This document shows positions 9,526-18,196 of a DNA stretch of 64,000 bases, piece by piece; position 1 is the stretch's first letter; the number at the start of each line of letters is the position of its first letter. The translations under genes and the position numbers were made by a program. Below the pieces are notes generated by a model, which was given only the letters and a program-made list of their open reading frames with translations, was not told the origin of the DNA and did no database searches. Origin of the DNA: a virus (taxonomy: Duplodnaviria; Caudoviricetes); the IMG/VR virus record IMGVR_UViG_3300009873_000012, positions 6,136 through 70,135 of that record; one strand, given 5' to 3'.

Positions 9526-11512
9526 TTTAATGACAGAACAATCTAGTGCATGGGCTACAGCTATTTCTACTAATAGTTTCAATGCTGTTATTCAGCTTGG
9601 AATTACGGCTGCGAATGCTGCCAAAACCATGCTTTATATTCCTCAGGGATTTGGAGCTAATACCGTAAGTTTACCTCTTACTGCCCCCATTACCTTTCCT
9701 GCCGGTCTGTCGGTGTGGATTGAGGGCAATCTCACGTATATGCCGGTAGACAATAATGCTGTAGTAACTTTTGGAAGTAATGATGAGCAAAATTATTCTA
9801 AACGAATACGCTGTATTGTAGTTAGAAATACTCAATCAGATTGGACTAATGAAGGTGCTATAGGAATTAAAATTTGGCACTTGGCTAGTTCCGAAGAAGT
9901 TTATTTGGGGGCAACTAAGCATTGTGTGGGTGTTATTTTTATGGCACAGCAGTTTGGATTTGTATATAATAAAGGAATTCATCTTTGTGATTTTAACGAT
10001 AATATGGTTCATGTTATTATAGACGCTAATCAAGTTGGTGGTGTTAATGGACAAAATGGTTGGGTGAACGAAAATATTTTTCATGGCGGCTCATTCAGAA
10101 TTACTACTGATTTAAATGATGGAAATGCAATTTCAAATAGGGATAATAAATTACCTACTGGTTTTAGATTGAAAGGTACTTCTGATAAACGAATTAATTC
10201 CAATACTTGGATTGCTCCATGTTTTGAGGGAGCTGTATCTAGTTTCTTGCTTGGTTATAGATGTTTCCATATACAAAAAAGTACAACATATAATCATGTT
10301 ATTGGAGGGCGAGTTGAGATAGATAGAGTCAATGATGAAGAGCAGAATCCAACAACTAGACCTCTAATTAGAGTGGATATAGACACGGATTTGGAGTGGG
10401 TTGCTAATTTTGTTTGGGATGCTTTATATGATATTCCACATACTGCACTTCCAAATGATTGTGTACTTGATAGATCTAATGTATTAGCTTCGTCTAATAT
10501 TGGAAATACAGTAAGAAATATCTATAATAGAATGGGGCGACCAGAAATTGCTTCAGTTATAGGTGGTGAACTTTTAGTAACTAGGCTAACTCAAGCTTAT
10601 GTCGATGGAAAAATGTATTTACCAGGATGGAATTGGTATGCAGGGAGTGGGGCTCCGTTAACAGTTTCAGACACTAGGGGTATTTTCGCCGATTCTAACA
10701 ATAATATCGTTATTGGGCGCAATGGTAACTTTGGTATTGGAAAGCGCGTAGATTTAAGTAATTGTCATCATATTACTGTTGTACCAGATTCAGATCCTAT
10801 TAGACTTGGCAGAGTTGTAATTCGTTTATTCGATGAGAATTTAAATCTCATAACCTATAATACTGAGTCTAAATTTGGACAAAATGAATCAAGAATGGTT
10901 AGTGGCAATGTTTACTGGAGTTCTAATATTTCAGCGTGGGTAGGTTCAGTTTTAATAGATCCAGTAGTAGTACAAATTAGTAATACGGCTAGATATGCAG
11001 ATATTTATTATTCAGGTTCTACTTCGGATTTTGCATTGCGTACTTTTACTATCTATGGACATTATGGGTCTCTCCTCGAAAAACCTATTCCATCAATTGG
11101 AGTTAGAGATAATACAACACGATGGGCATGGCAAGATCCTAATACTTTTCAAGATTCGGCTATAGGGTTTGCATTGACTACTAATGGAGTCATAGACTCT
11201 ATTGTTCAGCAATATTCTCCAGTTTATGTATCTGCTCCAGCCATAACAGTAGGGAATGCTCAAGTAACTTGTCAATTATATACTAGTGGCGATAATGCCG
11301 GAAGGATAGATCCTAGTACCTATAACTACATTAATAGAGGTACTGGAATTAACAATGGAGCCGGTGTTAGTTATACGGCAATTAATGCAGACAAAACCAT
11401 AGCAAATCCTGGCGACATAATTCATAATGCTGCCTATACTGGTGCAGTGTCTGGTTTAGGTTCAATTAAAGGATGGGTTCGTAAGGGGTGGAGAGACTAC
11501 GCAACTTTATAA
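9518..11512 (+). CDS. Tailspike/depolymerase-like beta-helix protein, paralog 1
   Basis: N-terminus resembles the start of a pectate-lyase-like beta-helix (AVIQLGITAANAAKTMLYIPQG). The protein is rich in Asn, Gly and Ile and is collinear with the next ORF. Confidence 0.5.
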   Translation: MYNLMTEQSSAWATAISTNSFNAVIQLGITAANAAKTMLYIPQGFGANTVSLPLTAPITFPAGLSVWIEGNLTYMPVDNNAVVTFGSNDEQNYSKRIRCIVVRNTQSDWTNEGAIGIKIWHLASSEEVYLGATKHCVGVIFMAQQFGFVYNKGIHLCDFNDNMVHVIIDANQVGGVNGQNGWVNENIFHGGSFRITTDLNDGNAISNRDNKLPTGFRLKGTSDKRINSNTWIAPCFEGAVSSFLLGYRCFHIQKSTTYNHVIGGRVEIDRVNDEEQNPTTRPLIRVDIDTDLEWVANFVWDALYDIPHTALPNDCVLDRSNVLASSNIGNTVRNIYNRMGRPEIASVIGGELLVTRLTQAYVDGKMYLPGWNWYAGSGAPLTVSDTRGIFADSNNNIVIGRNGNFGIGKRVDLSNCHHITVVPDSDPIRLGRVVIRLFDENLNLITYNTESKFGQNESRMVSGNVYWSSNISAWVGSVLIDPVVVQISNTARYADIYYSGSTSDFALRTFTIYGHYGSLLEKPIPSIGVRDNTTRWAWQDPNTFQDSAIGFALTTNGVIDSIVQQYSPVYVSAPAITVGNAQVTCQLYTSGDNAGRIDPSTYNYINRGTGINNGAGVSYTAINADKTIANPGDIIHNAAYTGAVSGLGSIKGWVRKGWRDYATL

Positions 11513-11522
11513 GGAAAATAAA

Positions 11523-13415
11523 ATGTATAATTTAAAAATGGAAAAACCAAAAGAGTGGGCAGAAGCGATTCAAAATAATGATTTTACCCCTGTTATTAAA
11601 GCGGGCATTATAGAGGCTATAGACTTAGAAACTTTACTTTATATACCTTCAGAACGTGGTATTAATGGTTTGCCACTACCATTTAAGACGCCAATTTTTA
11701 TTCCACGAGAACTGTCTATATGGTTTGAGGGAACTATCACTTACACTGCAAAAACAGATGATGTTGCAGTTACTATAGGCGATGACAAAAATTCTAATTA
11801 TGCAAAAAGAATTCGTTGTATATTGAATAGACTTAATCAGTCTAATTGGGCAAGCGATTCAAATGTGGGTATTAAAATTTTTAATTTAGTGACTGCAGAA
11901 GAAGTTATTGTTGGCGCAAGTAGAAATACCGTTGGTGTCATTTTTGCTGCGCGAGATAGAGCATTCGCCTATAATAAAAATATTAAGTTGGGAGATTTCT
12001 ACGATAATTTAGTTGCCGCAAAGCTAGAAAATATTGGCGGTGGATGGGTTAATGAAAATATGTTTCATGGAGGTTCATTTAAAGTAAGTAGCGGATTAAG
12101 TGCTAACGAAACTATAGATAAAAGAGGAAAAATTATTACAGCTTTTCAGTTATTCGGTAGTAACGTTCATACGATCAATGCTAATGAGTTTATTTCTCCA
12201 TGTTTTGAGGGGGCAGCTAGAACTTTTGAAGGATATCGTTGTTTTCATATTAATAAGAGCGCAGTTAAAAATATTGTTAAGGGTGGTCGTTTAGAGGTAG
12301 ATATAGATCAAAATAAACTAATTCGTGTACATTTGGATGGCGGTCTTAGTCCAATTGTCGATTTTAGTTGGGATCTTTTATACGATAGTTATGATGTTTT
12401 GGCAAAAGAAGCTATTGTAGATTGTTCTCATCCAGAAGTAAGTAGTAATGCTAATAATCTTTTTATTAAAAAGTATGTACCGGTAAGTAACGTTATTGGC
12501 GGCGAAGTTCTAGCGGGTTTATTTACGCAAGCCTATGCAGACGGGCGTGCCTACATACCGGGTTGGAATTGGTATGGGGCTAACAGCGCACCAACTTTAT
12601 GTTCGCCAAACAATGCGGTAAATACTGATGGTTCTAACATTTATATTGGGCGCGATGCTAATTTCGGAATTGGAAAGCGCCTAGATTTAAGTTCGTGCCG
12701 CCATATAACAATTGTGCCCGATGGACAAAATGGGCGCCTTTACATTAGGCTTTTAGATGAAAACAAAAATTTAATTAAGGATAATGTTGAGACTGTTGGC
12801 ATTCTAAATAACGTTCGTTTGGTTAGCGGCGGTGTCTATTGGACCAAAAATTCTTTTGCCTGGATAACTTCAGTAAATGCGGGACCAGTTACGGTGGCAA
12901 TTAGTAAGCGCGCTAAATATGCTGATGTTTTCTATATTGGCTCCACAAAGGATTTTGCCATGCGCTCTCTTACTATTATTGGGCATTATGGTGCTTTGCA
13001 GGAAAGCCCAATAGATGGATATAGGGGCAATACCTCGCGCTGGATGTGGCAGGATCCCAACACCTTCCAAGATTCTGCTTCAGCCTACTGTATTACTAGT
13101 GGCGGCAAAATTATAGAGGTAATACTGCAATATTCTCCAATTTATCATGAGCCGCCGCAAATTTCCCTACCCGGGGGCGCTAAGGCTACTTGCACCTTAG
13201 TGAATGGGCGGATAGATAAAATTCTTATTACTAATGGTGGGATTGGGGTAACGGGATACCCAAGTGCGGGTTTCTCAAAAGTTGATTCCGACAAGACATT
13301 TGCTTATAATGGTGAAACTTTTAAAAACGCATCTTTCAATGGAGCAGAGTCCGGTCTTGGCTCAATTAAGGGCTGGGTTCGTTCTGGACCAAGGAATTAT
13401 AGCGTTTTGGTGTAA
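11523..13415 (+). CDS. Tailspike/depolymerase-like beta-helix protein, paralog 2
   Basis: Shares blocks with 9518-11512: KRIRCI, GWVNEN.FHGGSF, PCFEGA, QAY.DG..Y.PGWNWY, WQDPNTFQDSA, GLGSIKGWVR.G. Confidence 0.5.
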   Translation: MYNLKMEKPKEWAEAIQNNDFTPVIKAGIIEAIDLETLLYIPSERGINGLPLPFKTPIFIPRELSIWFEGTITYTAKTDDVAVTIGDDKNSNYAKRIRCILNRLNQSNWASDSNVGIKIFNLVTAEEVIVGASRNTVGVIFAARDRAFAYNKNIKLGDFYDNLVAAKLENIGGGWVNENMFHGGSFKVSSGLSANETIDKRGKIITAFQLFGSNVHTINANEFISPCFEGAARTFEGYRCFHINKSAVKNIVKGGRLEVDIDQNKLIRVHLDGGLSPIVDFSWDLLYDSYDVLAKEAIVDCSHPEVSSNANNLFIKKYVPVSNVIGGEVLAGLFTQAYADGRAYIPGWNWYGANSAPTLCSPNNAVNTDGSNIYIGRDANFGIGKRLDLSSCRHITIVPDGQNGRLYIRLLDENKNLIKDNVETVGILNNVRLVSGGVYWTKNSFAWITSVNAGPVTVAISKRAKYADVFYIGSTKDFAMRSLTIIGHYGALQESPIDGYRGNTSRWMWQDPNTFQDSASAYCITSGGKIIEVILQYSPIYHEPPQISLPGGAKATCTLVNGRIDKILITNGGIGVTGYPSAGFSKVDSDKTFAYNGETFKNASFNGAESGLGSIKGWVRSGPRNYSVLV

Positions 13416-13420
13416 ATAAT
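13409..13420 (+). promoter_or_regulatory. Putative late promoter variant GGTGTAAATAAT
   Basis: Overlaps the upstream stop codon and ends 3 nt before the ATG at 13424. No SD sequence is present. Confidence 0.4.
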
Positions 13421-13423
13421 AAT

Positions 13424-14788
13424 ATGAAAATATATAAAGAAGAACTTGCACTAGCTGAACAAATTTTCGCACAAAAGTCGGTGGCGTTTTGTACGCAAGT
13501 TGTTGAGGCTGATAGTGTTCCTGAAGTCGAGAGCGAAAGTGCGTTTGCCGCACTAAAAATCAATATTGAGACGCCTAAGACAGAAGACCTCTATTATACT
13601 CGTTCAATTTTAGTTAGTACCGGCTTTAATAATAACGACGATGTTTTTCATCCGCACGAAGTGTGGAAAGCGCGAAAGACTCCAGTCGACAAACCGACCA
13701 ACATTGAGCATGACGATAGCCGCATAGTTGGTCATATCACTTCAAACTGGGTTATTGACAATCAAGGAAACATATTAGAAGACAACCTGAATATAGAGGA
13801 TGTTCCTTCTGTTTTTCACATTGTTAATGGCGCCGTTATTTATAAACAGTGGCAGTCACAAGAATATAAGGATATGGCTTTTGACCTAATTAAAGAAATT
13901 AAAGAGGGATCCTACTATGTAAGTATGGAGTGCCTATTTAATGATTTTGATTATGCTATTAAGGACGGCGACAAAATTCGAGTGATTCCACGCGATGAGA
14001 CTAGTGCGTTTCTTACTGCCCACCTAAGATTGTTTGGTGGGTCCGGCATTTATGAGGATAAGCGCTTGGGGCGCCTTCTCAAGAATATTAATTTCTCGGG
14101 AAAAGGATATGTTAAAAAGCCAGCAAATCCAAAGAGTGTAATATTTGAAAATGACAATATTAATGAGTTTTCTTTTGCTGGTGTATATGATATTTGTAGT
14201 GCAAAAATAAAGGAGAGTGACATGTCACAAGAGATAATCGAAGATCTAAAAGGGCAAATTAAAGAATTGAGCAAGGCAAACCAGTCCTTAAAGGACGAAA
14301 TTGCTTCCGCCGATGCTGCCCGCTATCAGAATCAAGTAGAAGAGCTGAAAGCCTCCCTAAAGAACGAGCAGGAACTGCGTGTTAAGGAACAGGAAGCTAA
14401 GGCTTGTATGTGTGATCAATATGAAGAGCTGGCTAAGAAGAACGAAGAGCTTGTAGCCGAGCTAAATTCTATGAAAGAGTGCAAGAAGAAAGATGCGCGC
14501 GTTGGCGCTTTTATTGAGCGCGGCTTTTCCAAGGAAGATGCCGAAGCTAAGGCTGGCGAACTTTCAGCACTTGATGACACAACTTTTGAAAAAGTTATTA
14601 AGTTAATTCCGGCAGTTGCTTGCTGCCAGAAGGTAGCTCCCATTAATTTGGAAGAGCTTGAAGAGGAAGTAGAAGTTGAAGCGTCTGTAGACGTTACAGA
14701 TGAGAAAGAGAATGTCTTTGCTGCACTCGTTGAAAGTACAGACAAATATTTTTCAGAAAAGTGGTCTAACCACAAAGGAGATGAGTAA
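13424..14788 (+). CDS. Prohead protease with C-terminal coiled-coil scaffold domain
   Basis: Contains N.N.D.F, KP.NIEH, VSMECLF and FSGKGYVKKPANPKSVI protease-like blocks, followed by an acidic coiled coil. It lies directly upstream of the decoration and capsid genes. Confidence 0.75.
   Translation: MKIYKEELALAEQIFAQKSVAFCTQVVEADSVPEVESESAFAALKINIETPKTEDLYYTRSILVSTGFNNNDDVFHPHEVWKARKTPVDKPTNIEHDDSRIVGHITSNWVIDNQGNILEDNLNIEDVPSVFHIVNGAVIYKQWQSQEYKDMAFDLIKEIKEGSYYVSMECLFNDFDYAIKDGDKIRVIPRDETSAFLTAHLRLFGGSGIYEDKRLGRLLKNINFSGKGYVKKPANPKSVIFENDNINEFSFAGVYDICSAKIKESDMSQEIIEDLKGQIKELSKANQSLKDEIASADAARYQNQVEELKASLKNEQELRVKEQEAKACMCDQYEELAKKNEELVAELNSMKECKKKDARVGAFIERGFSKEDAEAKAGELSALDDTTFEKVIKLIPAVACCQKVAPINLEELEEEVEVEASVDVTDEKENVFAALVESTDKYFSEKWSNHKGDE
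14180..14215 (+). promoter_or_regulatory. Internal late promoter motif (GGTGTATATGAT) and SD (AAGGAG) for a nested scaffold gene
   Basis: Motif at 14180-14191, AAGGAG at 14210-14215 and an in-frame ATG at 14222. Confidence 0.55.
14222..14788 (+). CDS. Nested in-frame scaffolding protein (188 aa)
   Basis: The ATG is Met267 of the protease ORF, has its own SD and promoter motif, and begins exactly where the coiled coil starts (MSQEIIEDLKGQIKELSK). Confidence 0.6.
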   Translation: MSQEIIEDLKGQIKELSKANQSLKDEIASADAARYQNQVEELKASLKNEQELRVKEQEAKACMCDQYEELAKKNEELVAELNSMKECKKKDARVGAFIERGFSKEDAEAKAGELSALDDTTFEKVIKLIPAVACCQKVAPINLEELEEEVEVEASVDVTDEKENVFAALVESTDKYFSEKWSNHKGDE

Positions 14789-15258
14789 TGGCACTTAAAG
14801 GGTATCGAAATCACGGGTGCGGCACCGGTTCGGTGGTTAAACACTTTATGAACGAAGTCGCGGAAAAGGGTATCGTTGTAACGCGAAAGTCTGGGTCCAC
14901 TGGATCTGGTCTTCCGGGCGATGCTCAAAATATCGTCGAGGTTCCTGCTGCTTCTGGTAATGGCGATGCTATCGGCATCCTATTGACTGATGTAGTTGAC
15001 ATTGACGTAACTAGATTTTGTCACATTGGTCGCTCACATCGCAGTGAAACCACGCCTTGTAATCCTGTAGAAATTATGGACAAGGGCGAGGTTTATACTA
15101 ACATGTTGGCTGATGGAGCTACTCCGGCAGCTGGTGACGACGCTTACTACACAGAGGGTGGTCTTCTGACTGATGATAGTGGCGAATTTGGTCCAATCGG
15201 AAAATTCGAAGGTCCGGTTCAGTCCAATGGTTACGTTGTAGTCAAAGTCGATCTATAA
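14788..15258 (+). CDS. Capsid decoration/cement protein
   Basis: 156 aa Gly-rich beta protein between the scaffold and capsid genes, translationally coupled (TAATG). Confidence 0.65.
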   Translation: MALKGYRNHGCGTGSVVKHFMNEVAEKGIVVTRKSGSTGSGLPGDAQNIVEVPAASGNGDAIGILLTDVVDIDVTRFCHIGRSHRSETTPCNPVEIMDKGEVYTNMLADGATPAAGDDAYYTEGGLLTDDSGEFGPIGKFEGPVQSNGYVVVKVDL

Positions 15259-15275
15259 TATAGGAGATAGGAAAT

Positions 15276-16274
15276 ATGTTTAAGTCAGCACCTGAAGAGC
15301 TGAAAAAGCTTTGGGTAGCAGGTAGTTCCCACAATTTGACAGAAGCAGCTGAGCCGACCGCTAAGTTAGCTAAAGCGTTGGAACTTCCTCTCCGAAAAGG
15401 CATTATGAGCTGTGATACGGTAAAAAACATCTTTGAGATGCAAGATTACCGCGATTGTCGTTGCGTCGAGTATCCGCTTGACTTTGTTCAACCAGGTACC
15501 GAAAAAGAGTATACGGCGTTTGTTGTACCTGATTGCGGTTACATTCCCCATCGCTTGGTAGAAGGTGATTATGTCACTGTTCCTACTTATACTGTAGCCA
15601 ACTCAATTGAGTGGTGTCTAAAGTATCAGCGTTGTGCGAACTGGAATGTTATGGAGCGCGGTCTTAAGGTATTGCGCGACGGTTTCACGAAGAAGTTGAA
15701 TGATGACGGCTGGCACGTTATTTTGGCAGCAGGTCTTCACCGAAATATTGTTGTTGTTGATGATGCTGCGGCTGAGGGTCAGCTTACAAAGCGGCTCGTT
15801 TCTTTGATGAAGTTGGTTATGCGTCGAAATGGTGGAGGTAACTCTACCTGCTTGAATCGCGGTACTTTGACGGATCTCTATATGTCGCCAGAAGCGATGG
15901 AAGATATTCGCAATTGGAACGTTGATCAGGTTGATGAGTTGACACGGCGCGAAATTTTCGTAGGCGAGGGCGATGCAGGCATTAGCCGCATTTTCCAAGT
16001 TAACTTGCACGCAATGGATGAACTTGGTGTAAACCAGGAATATCAATTGTACTATGAGGATGAGCTGAGTGGTGCGATGCCTCCGAATAAGCTCGAGCTT
16101 GTTGTTGGTTTGGACCTCTCTCGTAGAGACAGCTTTGTATTGCCAGTAGTTAAGGAACTAGAAATCATCGAGGACACCTGCTTGCAGCGTCACTTGAAGA
16201 GAGGTTTCTTCGCTTACTGGGAACACGGTATCGCAAGTCTCGATAGCAGACGCGTACTTTTAGGAGCCATCTAA
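15276..16274 (+). CDS. Major capsid protein (HK97-like fold inferred)
   Basis: 332 aa with a strong RBS (TAGGAG), canonical position, and an intrinsic terminator immediately downstream. Confidence 0.8.
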   Translation: MFKSAPEELKKLWVAGSSHNLTEAAEPTAKLAKALELPLRKGIMSCDTVKNIFEMQDYRDCRCVEYPLDFVQPGTEKEYTAFVVPDCGYIPHRLVEGDYVTVPTYTVANSIEWCLKYQRCANWNVMERGLKVLRDGFTKKLNDDGWHVILAAGLHRNIVVVDDAAAEGQLTKRLVSLMKLVMRRNGGGNSTCLNRGTLTDLYMSPEAMEDIRNWNVDQVDELTRREIFVGEGDAGISRIFQVNLHAMDELGVNQEYQLYYEDELSGAMPPNKLELVVGLDLSRRDSFVLPVVKELEIIEDTCLQRHLKRGFFAYWEHGIASLDSRRVLLGAI

Positions 16275-16285
16275 GTCCTTACTAT

Positions 16286-17446
16286 TTAACGACTTACAGA
16301 GAGATGCCGGACGGAAATTTCGTCCGGCTTCTTTTTTAGTATGTTCATAGCCTGTTCATATTTACGATCCAAATACAAGTGTCCCGCACAATCGCCATAT
16401 AAAAATTCTAAAACGCTATGTATATTATTTATTCTAAAAATTGAAAGTTTGTGTGCGCATAGGTCTGGATTATCAGGGTTTGAGCCATTTTTAGCTTGAT
16501 ACATGGCAAAATTTTCCGATGGTAAGACTTCCTTGAACGAATTACACATTGATAAATTTCCACAAAAAGAACAAGAGTGCCCACTTTTAGCTATGCTTCC
16601 ATCTCCATCCCAACATCCCCTAATAAAATGTTTAATTAGGTGTTTTGGCACCATATCTTCCGTTGGGAATCTTAATTTAAAAGTCTTGTTTGGCATACAT
16701 CCTAATTTTTCTAAGTCACAACACATTTTAGCGCTATTGATTCGAAGTAGTTTTTGTATTTGACCTCCGTCTTTTAGATTATTTTTTATATTTTTAATTG
16801 GCGCTGTAGACTTAATTTCTCTTTTTATTTTATTTAGGATATTTATGTCGCCACATTGTAATCTTATTCTTATAGAAGTACGACAAACATTACCATCAGT
16901 ATATAAAAGTCCAAGTATATAAGCTTTATTAGGCGTATCTATTTTTTCAAAATAACTTTCATCTACATCATATTTTTTATTACCATAGGCACGCATTTTA
17001 ACGCCTTGTTCAAGTAATTTATTGCGAACAGTACACCCATTAGTATTGAGTACTCTCCCTATACTTTCTATGCCCATTCCACTCTCATATAGTTCGCGCG
17101 CTTTTTGTTCAATGTCGGGGTCTCCATGATATCGGCGCGCACCACGCGAGGTATTACTATAACCCCATTTTTTTAGACTGTAAGAAACTGCGGTTATACC
17201 AATGGTTTTTTCTATTTGTCCTATAGAGGATCCTTCCTCCCACATTTTTATTATTTCGTCTTTGAAATTTTCTAGACTACGAGCTTCTTGTTTAATTGAG
17301 TCTTTCGACTTAAGCCCGCGCTTTTTTAAAAACTGCCCTATAGACGCGCCATGACATCCTATTTGTTCGCCAATCTCTTTATTAGAAACGCCATCGGCAT
17401 TCATTTGGAGAATTTTTTGCTCATTATTTTCTATAATATGTTTCAT
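16286..17446 (-). CDS. Free-standing LAGLIDADG homing endonuclease with three N-terminal HTH repeats
   Basis: Two LAGLIDADG helices (AYILGLLYTDG, HFIRGCWDGDG) and three HTH-like repeats at the N-terminus. The start is re-assigned to the ATG at 17446, just downstream of a sigma70 -10 box. Confidence 0.85.
   Translation of the reverse strand: MKHIIENNEQKILQMNADGVSNKEIGEQIGCHGASIGQFLKKRGLKSKDSIKQEARSLENFKDEIIKMWEEGSSIGQIEKTIGITAVSYSLKKWGYSNTSRGARRYHGDPDIEQKARELYESGMGIESIGRVLNTNGCTVRNKLLEQGVKMRAYGNKKYDVDESYFEKIDTPNKAYILGLLYTDGNVCRTSIRIRLQCGDINILNKIKREIKSTAPIKNIKNNLKDGGQIQKLLRINSAKMCCDLEKLGCMPNKTFKLRFPTEDMVPKHLIKHFIRGCWDGDGSIAKSGHSCSFCGNLSMCNSFKEVLPSENFAMYQAKNGSNPDNPDLCAHKLSIFRINNIHSVLEFLYGDCAGHLYLDRKYEQAMNILKKKPDEISVRHLSVSR
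16306..16337 (+). terminator. Rho-independent terminator of the head operon
   Basis: GCCGGACG-gaaattt-CGTCCGGC perfect 8-bp stem followed by TTCTTTTTT, 32 nt after the capsid stop codon. Confidence 0.85.
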
Positions 17447-17453
17447 ACTCATA

Positions 17454-17482
17454 AGTATAAGGCACATATATGCCTTTGTCAA
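17454..17482 (-). promoter_or_regulatory. Host sigma70-type promoter TTGACA-N17-TATACT
   Basis: Reverse complement of 17477-17482 is TTGACA, the spacer is 17 nt, and the reverse complement of 17454-17459 is TATACT. The ATG lies 7 nt beyond the -10 box. A near-perfect palindrome AAGGCAcatataTGCCTT spans 17459-17476. Confidence 0.8.
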
Positions 17483-17489
17483 CCACTTT

Positions 17490-17501
17490 GGTGTATATAT
17501 A
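17490..17501 (+). promoter_or_regulatory. Putative late promoter GGTGTATATATA
   Basis: Followed by AAGGAGG and the ATG at 17521. It restarts + strand transcription after the capsid terminator. Confidence 0.6.
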
Positions 17502-17520
17502 TTTAAAAAGGAGGCTTTCA

Positions 17521-18063
17521 ATGTTATCATTTTTATTTTTATTTGCTGTGACGGCGCAAAAAATTGAGATAAATGAGAAAGCCCATATGACAGGATTTGT
17601 CTATGATAGTACGGAAAAATATGACTATGTGATAACGGCAGGTCATATAATGGATACTGAACCTGAAAAAATTGTTATTAGTGGAGATGAGGCAAAAATT
17701 ATAGCGCTCGATTATGACAAGAAAAACGCCGAATCCGACTGTGCTTTACTACGCAAAAATAAAGGTAGTGAAAGTAAGCGCGCCATTTTTCGAACTAGCG
17801 AGCCGCTAGAAGACGAAGCACTAACTTATTTTGGATTTGGACACAAAGATAAGTGTTATATAAACGTTACTGATGATTATGTCGGCGATGTATTTAGTTT
17901 TGTTCCGCCGCCCATTCCAGGTGACAGCGGATCCCCAGTCTTAGACGATAAAGGGCGCGTTGTTGGTATCGTAGTTTCATACGTTCCTGGCTTAGAGGTG
18001 CGCGTAGGTCTTGCCGTTAGATCATCTCGAATTGTAAAATTTATACAAGAAAAGAGAAAATAA
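17521..18063 (+). CDS. Trypsin-like serine protease with a short hydrophobic N-terminus
   Basis: Catalytic triad motifs ITAGH, SDCALL and GDSGSP are present. The start is placed at the ATG after the SD AAGGAGG; the N-terminus is MLSFLFLFAVTAQ. Confidence 0.85.
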   Translation: MLSFLFLFAVTAQKIEINEKAHMTGFVYDSTEKYDYVITAGHIMDTEPEKIVISGDEAKIIALDYDKKNAESDCALLRKNKGSESKRAIFRTSEPLEDEALTYFGFGHKDKCYINVTDDYVGDVFSFVPPPIPGDSGSPVLDDKGRVVGIVVSYVPGLEVRVGLAVRSSRIVKFIQEKRK

Positions 18064-18064
18064 C

Positions 18065-18196
18065 ATGATTTTTATCATAGATGAGGATTATTTAATAAAT
18101 AGATATACGACCGTTGTGCTGGTTGGCGCTTGCTTTGACTATGAAGAAGATGGCGACGGTCCACAAGAAATACTTGATCTCTCTGGGAGACTATAA
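18065..18196 (+). CDS. Small acidic protein (43 aa), below the ORF-track cutoff
   Basis: MIFIIDEDYLINRYTTVVLVGACFDYEEDGDGPQEILDLSGRL starts 1 nt after the protease stop, and its TAA overlaps the next ATG (TAATG). Confidence 0.55.
   Translation: MIFIIDEDYLINRYTTVVLVGACFDYEEDGDGPQEILDLSGRL

Noticed and set aside
9518-11540. ATGTATAATTTAA at the start of both beta-helix paralogs as a TATAAT promoter with a downstream ATG
   Set aside because: It is explained by the shared MYNL N-terminus of paralogs, and neither copy has a -35 box or the GGTGTA motif.
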